DNA of 64,000 nt, from positions 1,024,001 to 1,088,000 of the forward strand of contig CBDFGR010000003.1 of assembly GCA_965247115.1 (NCBI GenBank). Reading direction: 5' to 3'. This stretch comes from Myxococcota bacterium. Lineage in GTDB: Bacteria; Myxococcota_A; UBA9160; SZUA-336. Made by a program: the position numbers and the translations under genes. This document shows, piece after piece, positions 20,775-31,470 of the stretch (positions are counted from its first letter, which is position 1; each line of letters begins with the position of its first letter). A model generated the notes under the pieces. That model saw only the letters and a list, made by a program, of their open reading frames with translations, searched no databases and was not told the origin of the DNA.

Positions 20775-21885
20775 CGACGGGGAGCAGGGGATCCTGCGCT
20801 ATCGGGGCTACCCGATCGAGGAGCTAGCCGAGCAGAGCAGCTTCCTGGAGGTTGCCTACCTGCTGATCCGTGGCGAGCTGCCGACCCAGCAGCAGTACGA
20901 CGGCTGGCTCGATTCCCTGCGCTACCACACGATGCTCCACGAGGATGTGAAACGTCTCTTCGACAGGTTTCCGAAGGACGCGCACCCGATGGCCGTGGCG
21001 GCGTCCGTGGTCTCCGCCATCTCGACGTTCTACCCGGAAGACCTCGATCCCGAAGACGAGGAGCAGGTCCGCGTTTCGAGCGATCGCTTGATCGCCAAGT
21101 TCCCGACCATCGCTGCGTACGCATACAAGCACTCGCTGGGCCAGCCCTTCCTCTACCCGGAGAACCGGCTCGGCTACGTCGAGAACTTCCTGCGCCTCAT
21201 GTTCGGGACGCCGTGTGAGGACTTCGAGGTCGATCCCGTGGTCTCGCGCGCCATCGAGCTCCTGCTCATCCTGCACGCCGAGCACGAGCAGAACTGCTCC
21301 ATGAGCACCGTGCGTATCGTGGGCAGCTCCCACGCGAATCTCTTCGCGTCGATCGGCGCGGGAATCAACGCGCTCTGGGGCCCGCGACATGGCGGCGCGA
21401 ATCAGCAGGTGATCGAGATGCTGGACTCGATCGCGGAGGAAGGCCTCTCGGCGCAGCAGTTCGTGGACCGGGCGAAGGACCGGGACGATACGTCCCGCCT
21501 GATGGGCTTCGGTCACCGGGTCTACAGGAACTACGACCCTCGGGCGAGGGTGATCAGGCAGTCCGCGAACGATGTGCTGGAGAAGCTCGGAGCGACGAGC
21601 AAGCTGCTCGAGATTGCCGTCGATCTGGAGCGGATCGCGCTCGAGGACGAGTACTTCGTAAGGCGCCGCCTGTATCCGAACGTCGATTTCTACTCGGGTG
21701 TGATCTACAAGGCGCTCGGCATTCCCGTGAACAGCTTCACGGTCATGTTCGCCATGGGCAGACTACCCGGCTGGATCGCCCATTGGGTCGAGCTGCACAG
21801 AGAGGGCCAGGCGATCGGACGCCCCCGGCAGATCTACACGGGGCCCACCGCGCGCACCTACTCGCCGATCAAGCAGCGCGGCTAA
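20770..21885 (+). pseudogene. gltA: Citrate synthase lacking its N-terminus
   Basis: IDGEQGILRYRGYPIE, HEQNCS, GPRHGGAN, LMGFGHRVY, YPNVDFYSG; native start replaced by phage DNA. Confidence 0.9.
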
Positions 21886-22266
21886 CGACAAGTGCCGGCG
21901 GCCTCGAGGTAGGCGTCGGCCAGCTGGTCCACGACCTCGATGAGGAAGGCGTTCGAGCCCATGGCAAGGCCCCGAGGCCTTCGACCGACCCGCTCGGCCT
22001 GAGCTTTGCACCTACTCCAACGATCAGTCCGACCTTCCGCGACCTGATCGAGTCGGCTCCGGCTCTGGGGAGCAGAAACTCAGAGTCGAGCCTGTCTACC
22101 AATATCTTCTCAGCTACGAGTGCATGAGTGGACTTGATCTCAGTGTGGCTGCATTCCGTCTTATTCCGGACCCAGGCCAAGCTCGTGCTCTGCGGTCAAC
22201 TCGGCGAACTGGTAAGATGACCGGTGGCGCGCACTTGGATGGCTCCGCGCGTGCGTCGTTACGACC

Positions 22267-24534
22267 ATGCGTGTGCTTTACCGCCTTCTCTGTGCCGCGC
22301 TTGCCGCGGGATTGGCCGGCTCCGCGCCGGCAGCCGAACCGACAGGCTCTGACTCTGCACCCGCCTCGGAGATAGAGGCACCCGTCCGGGGTACGGCGCA
22401 GGTACCGGCGCTTGGGACTCCCGAAGAAGACGAGTTGCGGCGCCCGTTTCTGCGTGCCGCGCGCACGGCTGCCCCCCCGACCATCGACGGCGACCTCACC
22501 GACGAGGTCTGGGCGCACGGCACGCCCATCCGCGAGCTGTTCGTCGACCAGCCCGTCGAGGGGGATCCGCTGCCCCAAAAAACGGAGATCCGCGTTCTGT
22601 ACGACGACGACGCCCTCTACTTTGCGGCGTGGTGCTACGACACCGAGCCGGACGCGATCACGGCGTCGCTCATGCGCCGCGACGCGAACGTTCGCAACCA
22701 GGATTCCATCATAATCCTGCTCGACCCGTTCGGCGAGAGGCGCTCGGGCTACGCGTTCGCCGTAACTCCGATTACCACCCGCTGGGACGCGCTCATCGAA
22801 GAGACGGGCGGCTACAATCAGGAGTGGGACGGCATCTGGTACGCACAGGCGCGCCGGAACGACGAAGGGTGGGTCGCGGAGATCGCCATCCCGTTCAAGT
22901 CGCTGAACTTTCCGGAGAGCCGGAACAACTGGGGCTTCAACATTTCCCGCGGGATCGCGCGCTACAATCAGTTCGGCCGCTGGGTCTTTCCTCTCCAGCA
23001 CGCGTTCCTGTTCGACCCGGGGTATTGGGGAGACCTGGGCGGCCTCGAGGGACTCGACCAGGGACTCGGCATCGACGCGGTGCCCGCGCTCGCACTGCGC
23101 CAGATCCACAACAATTCCGAGAGTCGGGTGAACGAGGAGATCGATCCCTCGCTTGACCTGTTCTACAAGATCACGCCATCGCTGACGTCGGTTCTCACCG
23201 TGAACACCGACTTCTCCGAGGCTGAACCCGACGAGCGTAGTGCGAACCTGACGCGCTTCTCGCTCTTCTTTCCGGAGCAACGCGATTTCTTTCTGCAAGA
23301 CGCCGGGATCTTCAACTTCGCCGACTTCGGGTTCCGGCAAAACACCGACTCCAAGCTCAATGGTCAGCCCTTCTTCTCGCGGCGCATCGCCCTAGACGAG
23401 ACCGGCCCGCTGTCTCTCCGGGTCGGGGGCAAGACGACGGGGCGTATCGGACCGCTCAACCTGGGGGTCCTCTCGACCCGCGTGGAGGGACACGGCGAGG
23501 TGGACGGGAAGTGGCTCTCGGTCGCGCGCGGCTACCTCAACGTGCTCAAGGAGTCGCGGCTCGGCTTCATTGCATCGTACGGGTCACCCGAGACGAACGA
23601 GCACAACAAGCTCTTCGGGGGGGACTTCAACTATCGGAGCAGCACGTTTCTCGGGGACAAGATCCTCAAAGGCAGCTTCTGGGTCCAGAAGACGTCCTCG
23701 CCGGACTCGAAGGACCACGACGCCGCGCTCGGAGCGTCGCTCGCCTATCCCAACGACCGGTGGAACTGGGAAGTGAGCGCGACCGAGATTCAGGAGCACT
23801 TCAACCCGGGGCTGGGCTTCGCGAATCGCCGCGACATCCGCGAGTACGGGGCTGCCCTGAAGCGCCGCTTTCGTCCAGGGGGCGTGATCCGCCTCGTCGA
23901 CGTGGGAGGCGACGCAAAGCTCGTCACCGGGACGGACAACGACTTCGAGTCGCTGACCCTCAATGCTGATCTGTTCTTCCTGGAGACCGAGAAGGGCGAC
24001 GAACTGCGCGTGCGAGCGATTTACCGGCGCGAGGACCTGCTCGAGGAGTTCGAGATCCGCGAGGGGATCGTAATCCCCAAGGAGCACTACCGTTTCGACC
24101 GCTACAACGTGAAGCTCGACACGTCACGCTACCGGCAAGCCGAGCTCACAGCCGAGCTTGAGTACGGCCGGTTCTTCACGGGCACCCGTTTCGACATCCT
24201 GACGAGCTTCGAGTACCGGCCGAGCCCCCACTTCTCACTGCTGGCGGACTACGAGCAGTTCCAGGTACGGTTGCCGGAGGGAGACTTTACGACCCGCATC
24301 GCGCGCCTGGGGATTGACCTTGCATTCTCCGTCACGATGTCGTGGCGCAATCTGATCCAGTGGGACAACGAGACGGACGAGCTGACCGTCAACAGCCGCT
24401 TTCGCTGGATCATCGAGCCCGGCCGTGAGTTCTTCGTAGTGCTGGACCCGTTCTTCTCTCGCAAAGATCGTCTAAGGCTCACATCGACGACCACAGAACT
24501 CGTGCTGAAGCTGCTCTGGACCTACCGGTTCTAG
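22267..24534 (+). CDS. CBM9-like + DUF5916 outer-membrane protein
   Basis: Signal peptide, PTIDGDLTD..W, TVNTDFSEAE, RFSLFFPEQRDFFLQ, PFFSRRI, C-terminal F. Confidence 0.88.
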   Translation: MRVLYRLLCAALAAGLAGSAPAAEPTGSDSAPASEIEAPVRGTAQVPALGTPEEDELRRPFLRAARTAAPPTIDGDLTDEVWAHGTPIRELFVDQPVEGDPLPQKTEIRVLYDDDALYFAAWCYDTEPDAITASLMRRDANVRNQDSIIILLDPFGERRSGYAFAVTPITTRWDALIEETGGYNQEWDGIWYAQARRNDEGWVAEIAIPFKSLNFPESRNNWGFNISRGIARYNQFGRWVFPLQHAFLFDPGYWGDLGGLEGLDQGLGIDAVPALALRQIHNNSESRVNEEIDPSLDLFYKITPSLTSVLTVNTDFSEAEPDERSANLTRFSLFFPEQRDFFLQDAGIFNFADFGFRQNTDSKLNGQPFFSRRIALDETGPLSLRVGGKTTGRIGPLNLGVLSTRVEGHGEVDGKWLSVARGYLNVLKESRLGFIASYGSPETNEHNKLFGGDFNYRSSTFLGDKILKGSFWVQKTSSPDSKDHDAALGASLAYPNDRWNWEVSATEIQEHFNPGLGFANRRDIREYGAALKRRFRPGGVIRLVDVGGDAKLVTGTDNDFESLTLNADLFFLETEKGDELRVRAIYRREDLLEEFEIREGIVIPKEHYRFDRYNVKLDTSRYRQAELTAELEYGRFFTGTRFDILTSFEYRPSPHFSLLADYEQFQVRLPEGDFTTRIARLGIDLAFSVTMSWRNLIQWDNETDELTVNSRFRWIIEPGREFFVVLDPFFSRKDRLRLTSTTTELVLKLLWTYRF

Positions 24535-24772
24535 TTGACCGAACGCTCGCGTCCTCGAAACGTCGGGAACCGAGCCATCGCTCGGGAGTTGTTCGGCTGG
24601 GCCACAACGACAGGAATGCCCCTGGGGACCGGCGCCGGATTTCCTCTTCTCTTTTGTCGTTGCAGGCGTAGCGGGGCTGCCGCTCCATGATCTGCAAGAC
24701 TATCAGACGGGTTGACCGAAGGCGTCGGACGGTGGAAGATGGCGGTGGACTTCCAACGAAGGGAACTCTCTC

Positions 24773-25123
24773 ATGGCCTTAGAGGTACTGAAGGGCTTCT
24801 TCGAGAAGCGAGAAGAGGTGTTCGACGATATCAAGGCCAGTGGCTACTGGCCCGCCACGTTGGTGTCGCAAGCCTCGCCGGGACTCCCAGTCCACTGGCA
24901 CGACCACAACGTACACGCCTACCTGATCGAGGGAACCACGGACTTCCTCGACGCGGAGACCGGCATCCGTTACAACGTCGGGCCCGGCGACAAGGTCGTG
25001 ATCCCCGCGCGTTCAACGCACGCTGAGGGTGAGATCACCGACCGGGTCGTCTACATCCTCGGGTTGCAGGAACCGCGTCCCACTGACCTTCAGCTCGTCC
25101 AGCAGCCTCTGACCGACCTGTAG
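24773..25123 (+). CDS. Cupin domain protein
   Basis: HWHD...YLIEG...GPGDKVVIPARSTH. Confidence 0.8.
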   Translation: MALEVLKGFFEKREEVFDDIKASGYWPATLVSQASPGLPVHWHDHNVHAYLIEGTTDFLDAETGIRYNVGPGDKVVIPARSTHAEGEITDRVVYILGLQEPRPTDLQLVQQPLTDL

Positions 25124-25289
25124 CGCATCCCAGAACCAGCGGAGCCGTCAACACCCCGGCGCGCCACTGGCGGTTGGCTTCGACACGGCCGCCATTTACC
25201 GTTTCCGCCACGTTCGTCAGAGGCTCCGCCCGCCGGGGTCCCGTCGTGGAGCCGCGCTTGCTCGTGTGCGAGCGTCAGGCGGTTCACGA

Positions 25290-25990
25290 CCACGACGCTC
25301 AAGGAGATCAGCGTCTTCCCGCAGCCGCTCCAGAAGCCGCACCCGCAGATGTGGGAGCCGCTCACGAGCCCACGCTCCATCGAGTGGGCCGCGCAGCACG
25401 GCATCAACGACTACTTCATCGCGGAGCCCAATCTCTTCTTGAAGAAGCGCATCGCGGCGTACTACGTGGCGGCCGAGAAGCACGACTGGCCGGACCGCCT
25501 GCAGCGCGGACCCTTCAAGTACGGCTGGGACGCGGAGAAGCGGCGCGGGATCGTGACCTGCCGCTACATCCACCTGCTGCTGCCCGGCCAGGAGCGCGAT
25601 CTCGAGCGCTTCAAGCTCGGCCTGGAGATGCAGTGGCACTACTACGGACCCTTCGGCTTCGGCGCCCTGATCGCCGCGGTGCGCGGCGAGGAGGTCGAGG
25701 ACTTCGATCTCAACAAGCTGATCTCCGGCCAGGACCTGCTCGACGCGGAGATCGCCCTGTTCGGCACGCCGGCCGAGGTCGGCGAGGGGATCCTGCGCGT
25801 GAAGGAGGTCTGCGGCTACGACGACTTCATGTTCCACACCTGGTTCGAGACGGACGGCTTCTCGGGCCGCGAGGTCGAGGAGCAGATGCAGGCCTTTGCC
25901 GAGGAGGTCGCGCCGGAGCTGCGCCGCGCCTGTGGTGGCGGACCGAAGCGCGAGGAGTCGACCGTCAGCTTCGACGACGTCCGGGCCTGA
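25290..25990 (+). pseudogene. LLM-class flavin-dependent oxidoreductase, C-terminal half
   Basis: ISVFPQPLQKPHPQMW...FGTPAEV...QMQAFAEEVAP; N-terminal half missing. Confidence 0.8.
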
Positions 25991-26001
25991 CCCGCTCGAG
26001 G

Positions 26002-26120
26002 TTCACTCCCGAAACTCCGGGATCACTTCTTTGGCGAATAGCTCCATAGAGGCGAGCACCTCGCGCTGCGGAATCGCCCCGCTTCGGTTCATCCAGACGA
26101 TGAAGTCGTTCATCCCGAGC
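26002..26120 (-). pseudogene. Second LLM oxidoreductase, extreme C-terminal scrap
   Basis: FIVWMNRSGAIPQREVLASMELFAKEVIPEFRE*. Confidence 0.6.
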
Positions 26121-26283
26121 GTCCCTCTCCACAACGGCGTCCAATGTCGCCCGACCAAGCTCGCGGTCAAAAGTAGCGAACGTACAGGTCCAATGGTCTC
26201 GGGTTGCTCGGCTCCCGATCGGGAGTCAATCGCTCAGAGGCCGGGGGGACTCGTTCAGCTGTTTCCTTTCTCGGCCTACGAAA

Positions 26284-26433
26284 GGGGGACGTTCCGGAGG
26301 CTGTTGGAGTTCAAGACCTGAAAGGATGAGGCCGGCGGCTCCTTCCGCCTCCGTGTGGTACGGAGGTGTGCCAACCAAAAGGAAGGAGCCAAGCATGCCG
26401 AGCTTCGAGGCCGCGGCCGACCGCGATCCGCTG
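26284..26433 (+). mobile_element. IS256-family left end with collapsed transposase
   Basis: Homologous to 57249-57362; ATG joined directly to PSFEAAADRDPL. Confidence 0.8.
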
Positions 26434-26435
26434 AT

Positions 26436-26523
26436 CGGCGGCGCGCACTTGGATGGCTCCGCGCGTGCGTCGTTTCGACCATGCGTGTGCTCTACCGCCT
26501 TCTCTGTGCCGCGCTTGCCGCGG
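26436..26523 (+). repeat. 88-bp duplicate of the DUF5916 gene 5' end (22222-22309)
   Basis: Near-identical, about 3 mismatches by eye. Confidence 0.9.
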
Positions 26524-26551
26524 ATAACTTACTCCCACCAGTAGTCGAACC

Positions 26552-27365
26552 GGTACTGTCAAGTTCAGCGGGAGAGTGGCAGACTTGGCCGATGAAAAGC
26601 GACACGCCGAGCTACCACGGATATCGATTCCCGCCCGAGATCATCAGCCACGCCGTATGGCTGTACCATCGATTCTGTGTGAGCTTTCGCGATGTAGAAG
26701 ATTGCGCCAAGTTGCAGACATTCTGTTCGAACGTGGCATCGATATTTGTCACGAGACGGTGCGGTACTGCTGGAATCGGTTTGCTCCGGTGTCCGCTGGC
26801 GAGATCAGGAGGCGGCGCGTAGACCGGCGCAACTGGTCGAACTGGCGTTGGCATCTTGATGAGGTGTTCGTGCGGATCAACGGGGAGATGCACTATCTGT
26901 GGCGCGCCGTCGATCACGAAGGTGAGGTACTTGAAGTCTTTGCCACAAAGCACCGGGATCGCAGGGCTGCGCTTAGGTTCCTGAAGCGTGCAATGAAGCG
27001 CTACGGCCGGCCAGAAGTAATCGTGACGGACCGACTGCGTTCTTACGGTGCCGCGATGAAAGACATTGGGGTCGAGGATCTTCAGCTTTGCGGTCAGTGG
27101 CGCAACAATCGAGCCGAAACCTCACACCAACCGTTCCGCCGACGAGAAGGAGCGATGGTCAGGTTCAGGGACGTCAAGGGCCTGCAGAAATTTGCCGCCG
27201 CTCACTCCTCGATCCACAATCATTTCAACCAGGAACGTCATCTTTACAACCGGGAGAACTTCAAACTCAATCGCTCCGCCGCGTTGGCCGAGTGGCGTCA
27301 ACTTGCAGCCTGAGAACCCTCGATTGTTGGTTCTACTGGTCCGATCAAGTTAGTCTAACAATGCC
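26552..27365 (+). mobile_element. IS6-family element with frameshifted transposase
   Basis: Imperfect IRs ggtactgtcaagtt / ggcattgttagact; YRFPPEII, WHLDEVFV, YLWRAVD, IVTDRL, NNRAE; ~814 bp. Confidence 0.9.
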
Positions 27366-27456
27366 GCTCTGCCTCTACCGACTCCACGCTGATCCCGAAC
27401 ATCCTCGTGATCCCGCTCTGACCTACCGGTCCCGGGCTACACACTGTGGACGCGAC

Positions 27457-27804
27457 TCAGCCACCGGCCGGTGCCGGCATGATCCGTCCTCTCAGCGCCA
27501 TCAGAAGCAGCCCGATGGCCATCCCCTGGATGCCGGTCGCCAGGTTGTCGAGCACGGAGTTGACCCAGGGCCCGACGACCCAGATGGGATCCAGACTGTT
27601 CGAGATGGTCGGGAGCAGGGCGGCGATGACGTAGACTACCAGGCGCTGCGTAATGTCATCGGCGCTGGGACTCGTTAGGCCCGCAACCAACCCCAAGACG
27701 ACCAGGATGACGCCCCAGATCTGTCCCGGAACGGGAATCTGCGGGATAGCGTTCAAGATCGCAGCGACCACGATGAGAATCATCAAGATTCGTTCGAGAT
27801 TCAT
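27457..27804 (-). CDS. Small 4-TM membrane protein
   Basis: Hydrophobic 115 aa; AAGGAGG RBS. Confidence 0.75.
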   Translation of the reverse strand: MNLERILMILIVVAAILNAIPQIPVPGQIWGVILVVLGLVAGLTSPSADDITQRLVVYVIAALLPTISNSLDPIWVVGPWVNSVLDNLATGIQGMAIGLLLMALRGRIMPAPAGG

Positions 27805-28094
27805 CGGTTCTTCCTCCTTAAGTCAAAGTGCCTCAACTGCTGTGGAACTGGGCGAACTGCATTAGAGCACAGAAGACTCCGGGGTACAGCTGGAAAGTTT
27901 GAGCTCTTCGTTGCTTCAGGCGCAGTACTGTGTATTCGCCGATTTCAGGCTGAGAAGAGCTGGGGGGTACGAGCTGCGATCGTAGGAGTGACCGTCAGCG
28001 CTCAGTTCCCTCGATCGGGGCGACGGCTCGCTCCTTGAGCAGGTCCCGGGCGCCCCGCCCGACGAGCGCGGTCGCCGGAGGCCCCTGAAAGAGG

Positions 28095-28195
28095 GACACG
28101 AACAGAGCGAGCCGCATCTTCGCATAGGTGCGAATTTTGTCGAACGTGCGTGCCGAGTTCCCGTAGCGGAAATACCCGACCCAGCCGCGGAGGAA
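28095..28195 (-). pseudogene. Group II intron RT/maturase domain scrap
   Basis: LRGWVGYFRYGNSARTFDKIRTYAKMRLALFV, GIIM motif. Confidence 0.7.
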
Positions 28196-28331
28196 GATAG
28201 TGGGTGTGGGGACGCCGCCTCGGTGCCTCTGAAAATGCGCCGCCCCCGAAAGCCCGCTGGGTCGATTTGCGAAACGGGGGGTTGGCGCTGCGGAGACGCA
28301 GCGATGATGCCTTCTTAGTATGGGAATAGAA

Positions 28332-28364
28332 GAGAGGGGCAGGTCGATCAAACCTGCCCCTCTC
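28332..28364 (-). terminator. 13-bp perfect hairpin, possible intrinsic terminator of the lysis genes
   Basis: gagaggggcaggt-N7-acctgcccctctc, followed by ttctatt on the - strand. Confidence 0.5.
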
Positions 28365-28469
28365 AAACGGCGCGTGAGATCATTAGTGAGGATTCCCTGC
28401 GCGCTGGGTGACCCTCTTCCTGATCGTGGCTTTTCCGCAAGCCAATTGTCACCACCACCAATTTGGCTT

Positions 28470-28731
28470 TCAAAGAAGTTGGCACGCTTCTCGGGCTGTG
28501 CGCCAGATCTTGACCTCGGCCGCGCAGTCGAGACCCCACAGCCGTGTGCGAGCCAGCGACTCGGCCGTCTGCTCCAGCGTCCCGGCCTCCACGGGCGGCG
28601 GCGCGACGCAGCGCTCGTCCGGGGGCGGGTCCGGGCAGACGACGACCGTGAGCTGTTGGACTGTTGCACGACGGGACGCGCAAGCCGGTGAGCAGCAGCA
28701 GCACGGCGACGCCGAGGGCGAGCCGCCTCAC
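28470..28731 (-). pseudogene. o-spanin (Rz1-like) lipoprotein with 1-nt frameshift
   Basis: Removing one T restores LLLLTG-C lipobox then the Pro/Cys-rich VCPDPPPDERCVAPPP...ACQLL*. Confidence 0.6.
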
Positions 28732-29150
28732 ATCTTCTCCAGCGCGGTCCGCAGTGGCTCCGGGATCCGGCAGCCTGCGGCGCAGTCGCCCTCGGCGCGG
28801 GGCGCCGCACCCGACTGGCAGGCTGCCTGCGCGGATTCGATCGCTCGCTCTCGGAGCGGCCGGTACGCCTCGAGGATTTCCTTTCGCGCGGACTGCGCCG
28901 CCTCGCGCGCGGCGCGCTCGGCCTCCAGCACGCGCGCGGTCTCATGGACGACCTGGCGCAGCTTCTCGAGCTCGGCCTCGGTGCGATCGGCCGCGGCGAT
29001 CCGCGAGACGCCGCAGGAGAGCATCCCGATCAGGGTTGCGGCGCCACCGATCAGGGTGACCAACTTGAGCAATCCGAGCACGGACCGCAGCGCAAAAAAG
29101 CCGGTGACCGCGCCGATCACTCGGCGGCCTCGACGAGGTTGACGCGCCAC
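28728..29150 (-). CDS. i-spanin (Rz-like) candidate
   Basis: N-terminal TM plus coiled coil, between endolysin and lipoprotein. Confidence 0.55.
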   Translation of the reverse strand: MARQPRRGRRVIGAVTGFFALRSVLGLLKLVTLIGGAATLIGMLSCGVSRIAAADRTEAELEKLRQVVHETARVLEAERAAREAAQSARKEILEAYRPLRERAIESAQAACQSGAAPRAEGDCAAGCRIPEPLRTALEKM

Positions 29151-29693
29151 AGCCGCGAGAGGATCCGGCGCCAGCGCGCCACGTACTCGTGCGTCTCCTC
29201 CGAGTGCCGGCCGGTGACGCGCGGAAGCTCCGCGGCGATCTTATTCCAGCAGGGGGCGCCCCCGGTCAGCCGCTGCGCAGAGATGAGGTGGCCGGCACCG
29301 GCGTTGTAGCTCGCGACCTGGAGCTCTAGACGGCAGAGGTCGCTGCGGCGCGGCCCAAATTCTGGCTTGGCCCTCCATGTGGATCGCCGCGACATGCGCG
29401 GCCACCCAGGGATCGAACGGCGAGCCCGCCAGGCCGCGGCGCACGGTGTGCTCGATCCAGGTTCCCGGCACCACTTGCCACGGCCCCCGCGCTCCGACCG
29501 GAGAGACCGCGTCTGCGGTCCACGTCGACTCCGCACCCGCCTGAGCGACGAGCGCGTACCAGAGGTACTGCCGCTCGAGCGGCCACGTCAGGCGGACGGC
29601 GCGCCGCGCGGTGCGCACGTTGACCTGGGGGACCTGCGCGCCTCCCTCCGGCTGGCACGGCGACAGCAGCAGCGTGAGCCCCAATCTCCGCAT
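29140..29693 (-). pseudogene. Phage SLT lytic transglycosylase (endolysin), frameshifted
   Basis: AESTWTADAVSPVGARG..Q, ASYNAGAG, ETHEYV in different frames. Confidence 0.85.
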
Positions 29694-29744
29694 CTGGAAA
29701 GGTCTTGGTGGGGATCAGATTTCGTGGAATGCTGGGACATGGTA

Positions 29745-29840
29745 GTGGGTGGCACCGATTTCGTCGTCACTTCGGGGACGGGATCAGGCAAGTCACTGAC
29801 CTACATCGGTACGATCTTCAATCACCTGCTCGCCAATCGG
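29745..29840 (+). pseudogene. DEAD/DEAH helicase Walker A scrap
   Basis: DFVVTSGTGSGKSLTYIGTIFNHLL. Confidence 0.7.
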
Positions 29841-30000
29841 GGAGCTACCCTTCGCCACCGCCGTGTTCTCCGCGCTCCGCGGCCCGCCGCCATCGCGATG
29901 CACACGGTTCTTCCGCGCACTCAAGGAGGAGTGCAACCTGGCCAGAAGAATTTCTCGAGCTTTTACTGCTTCACGCAGCCGACCGGCCGAAACGTCGACT

Positions 30001-30400
30001 TCAGAACGCGTAGCGCAAGGACACCGTCAGCCCATGCCCCCTCAGCTTGGCCTTCGTTCGGGCGAGGTCGATCTCTAGCGGATTGCGTCTCCCGTCGTGC
30101 CAGACGATCCGGCCCTGGGCCCTGTCGGTTTTGACGGCGCCGTAATCCGTGTAACGCCAAGCGAGATCGATTGTCACCTTCTCCCCTAGCGATGCCGCCA
30201 ATCCCGCCGTCAGCATCCAGGAGAGATTAACCCGTGGCTCGCCTGGAACCAGGGTCGCCGTTTTGGGAAACTCCATGCGCGTGTCATCGATCTCGATGCG
30301 GGACAGTCCGCCGCCGGCACCGAGAAACGGGCTGAAGGGACCGAGCCGGGGCAGGCCAAGTTCGGGGAGATCCAGGTACGCGACAAGCAGGCCGGACAGG
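30001..30400 (-). pseudogene. Opacity-type outer-membrane beta-barrel, C-terminal half
   Basis: PFLGAGGGLSR...IDLAWRYTDYG...VSLRYAF*. Confidence 0.75.
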
Positions 30401-30564
30401 GAGGACAGATCCGCCGAGACGGCCTGCCGACCCGTGGTTTGAATGAAATTCGCGCGGCCCTCGAAGGAGGCTGGACGGGGCGAGTCGCGTCGCCGTCAAG
30501 GTGCTTTGGACCTTCCGCTTCTGAGGACGGCGTCAGCCTCGCGCTACTAACCGGCCCGGTCGCG

Positions 30565-30998
30565 AACGGCCATCGGCGGCCACTGTAGCGTAAACGGAAC
30601 ACCCCTTAGGAAGCCGTCGGCGCAAACGCTCCCCCCGGAAATCGAGATCCGAGACCGGGACCGATAATGTGGCGCGGTGCGCACGTCCCGCGCGTCTCGC
30701 GGTGCACTTGGCTGCGACAAAACCCCGGAAACCGTACGGAAAACCCGCCCTCGTCTCGCCCTGCCGAGATTGGCCGGACTGCTTGGCGGTGGGGGGAGTC
30801 CGGAGCGAACCGGTCTCGTCCCCTCGATGCGGCTATTCCCCTCGTCGGCCGCCCAGAGAACTCGCGGGATTTCGTGAGACAGGGCTAGAATAAGTGAGAG
30901 TTCGTGGGAGTTGGGAACCCTCGCTTGACTTTGCGCCGGGGGTGCGGCGTAGGGGCCTGGGCGGGAGCCTGAGTCAGACCGAAAGGTCGCCAGCCCAA
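30565..30998 (+). repeat. 434-bp non-coding repeat, copy 1
   Basis: Co-linear diverged copy at 48894-49327. Confidence 0.9.
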
Positions 30999-31124
30999 TT
31001 CGTTGGGCGGGCCGTGGGTCTGCCAGAAGGGGTGATCGACGGGCAGGACGAGGCCGTCCCACTCGAGATGCTGGGGGCGGGTGCGGGAGTCATTGACCGC
31101 GTCGTACATCAGGTAGGGGAAGCG
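30999..31124 (-). pseudogene. Mu gpF-like head morphogenesis fragment
   Basis: FPYLMYDAVNDSRTRPQHLEWDGLVLPVDHPFWQTHGPPN. Confidence 0.85.
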
Positions 31125-31252
31125 TCCGTTTACGCTACAGTGGCTACCGATGGCATTCGCGAGGCGCTCTACGGCCCCACGCCCCTAGATATGGTGGCCC
31201 GGGGCGGGCGCTGCCAGTGCCACTAAGCGCCACTAGCACGGCGCGGCCCGTT

Positions 31253-31302
31253 AATCGTGCCATTTCAGTGGCGGAATCGTGCCATTTTCAGGTGGCGACC
31301 CA
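31253..31302. mobile_element. IS21-like terminal region
   Basis: Tandem aatcgtgccattt(t)cag(g)tggcg repeats ending in CA. Confidence 0.55.
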
Positions 31303-31379
31303 GACTTTCAACGCTGCGCGCAGCTGCGATAGGGGTAGCAGCTGGCTTTCACTTGGCCCGCGTCGGCCTGCAAGCGGAC

Positions 31380-31470
31380 GTAGGTTCGACCTTCACGACG
31401 TCGGCGCCGAGATCTCCGAGAAGACAGCCACAGATCGGACCGGCCCAGCTCGTGGTGATCTCAAGCGCAG
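31380..31470 (-). pseudogene. CoA-transferase family III N-terminal scrap
   Basis: LEITTSWAGPICGCLLGDLGADVVKVEP. Confidence 0.75.

Noticed and set aside
28095..28195. Active group II intron, retron or DGR
   Set aside because: Only about 33 codons of the maturase domain; no YADD-containing RT, domain V or TR/VR pair seen.
30958..30998. Hammerhead ribozyme (CTGA...GACC-GAAA-GGTC)
   Set aside because: Lacks the CUGANGA and downstream GAAA core residues.
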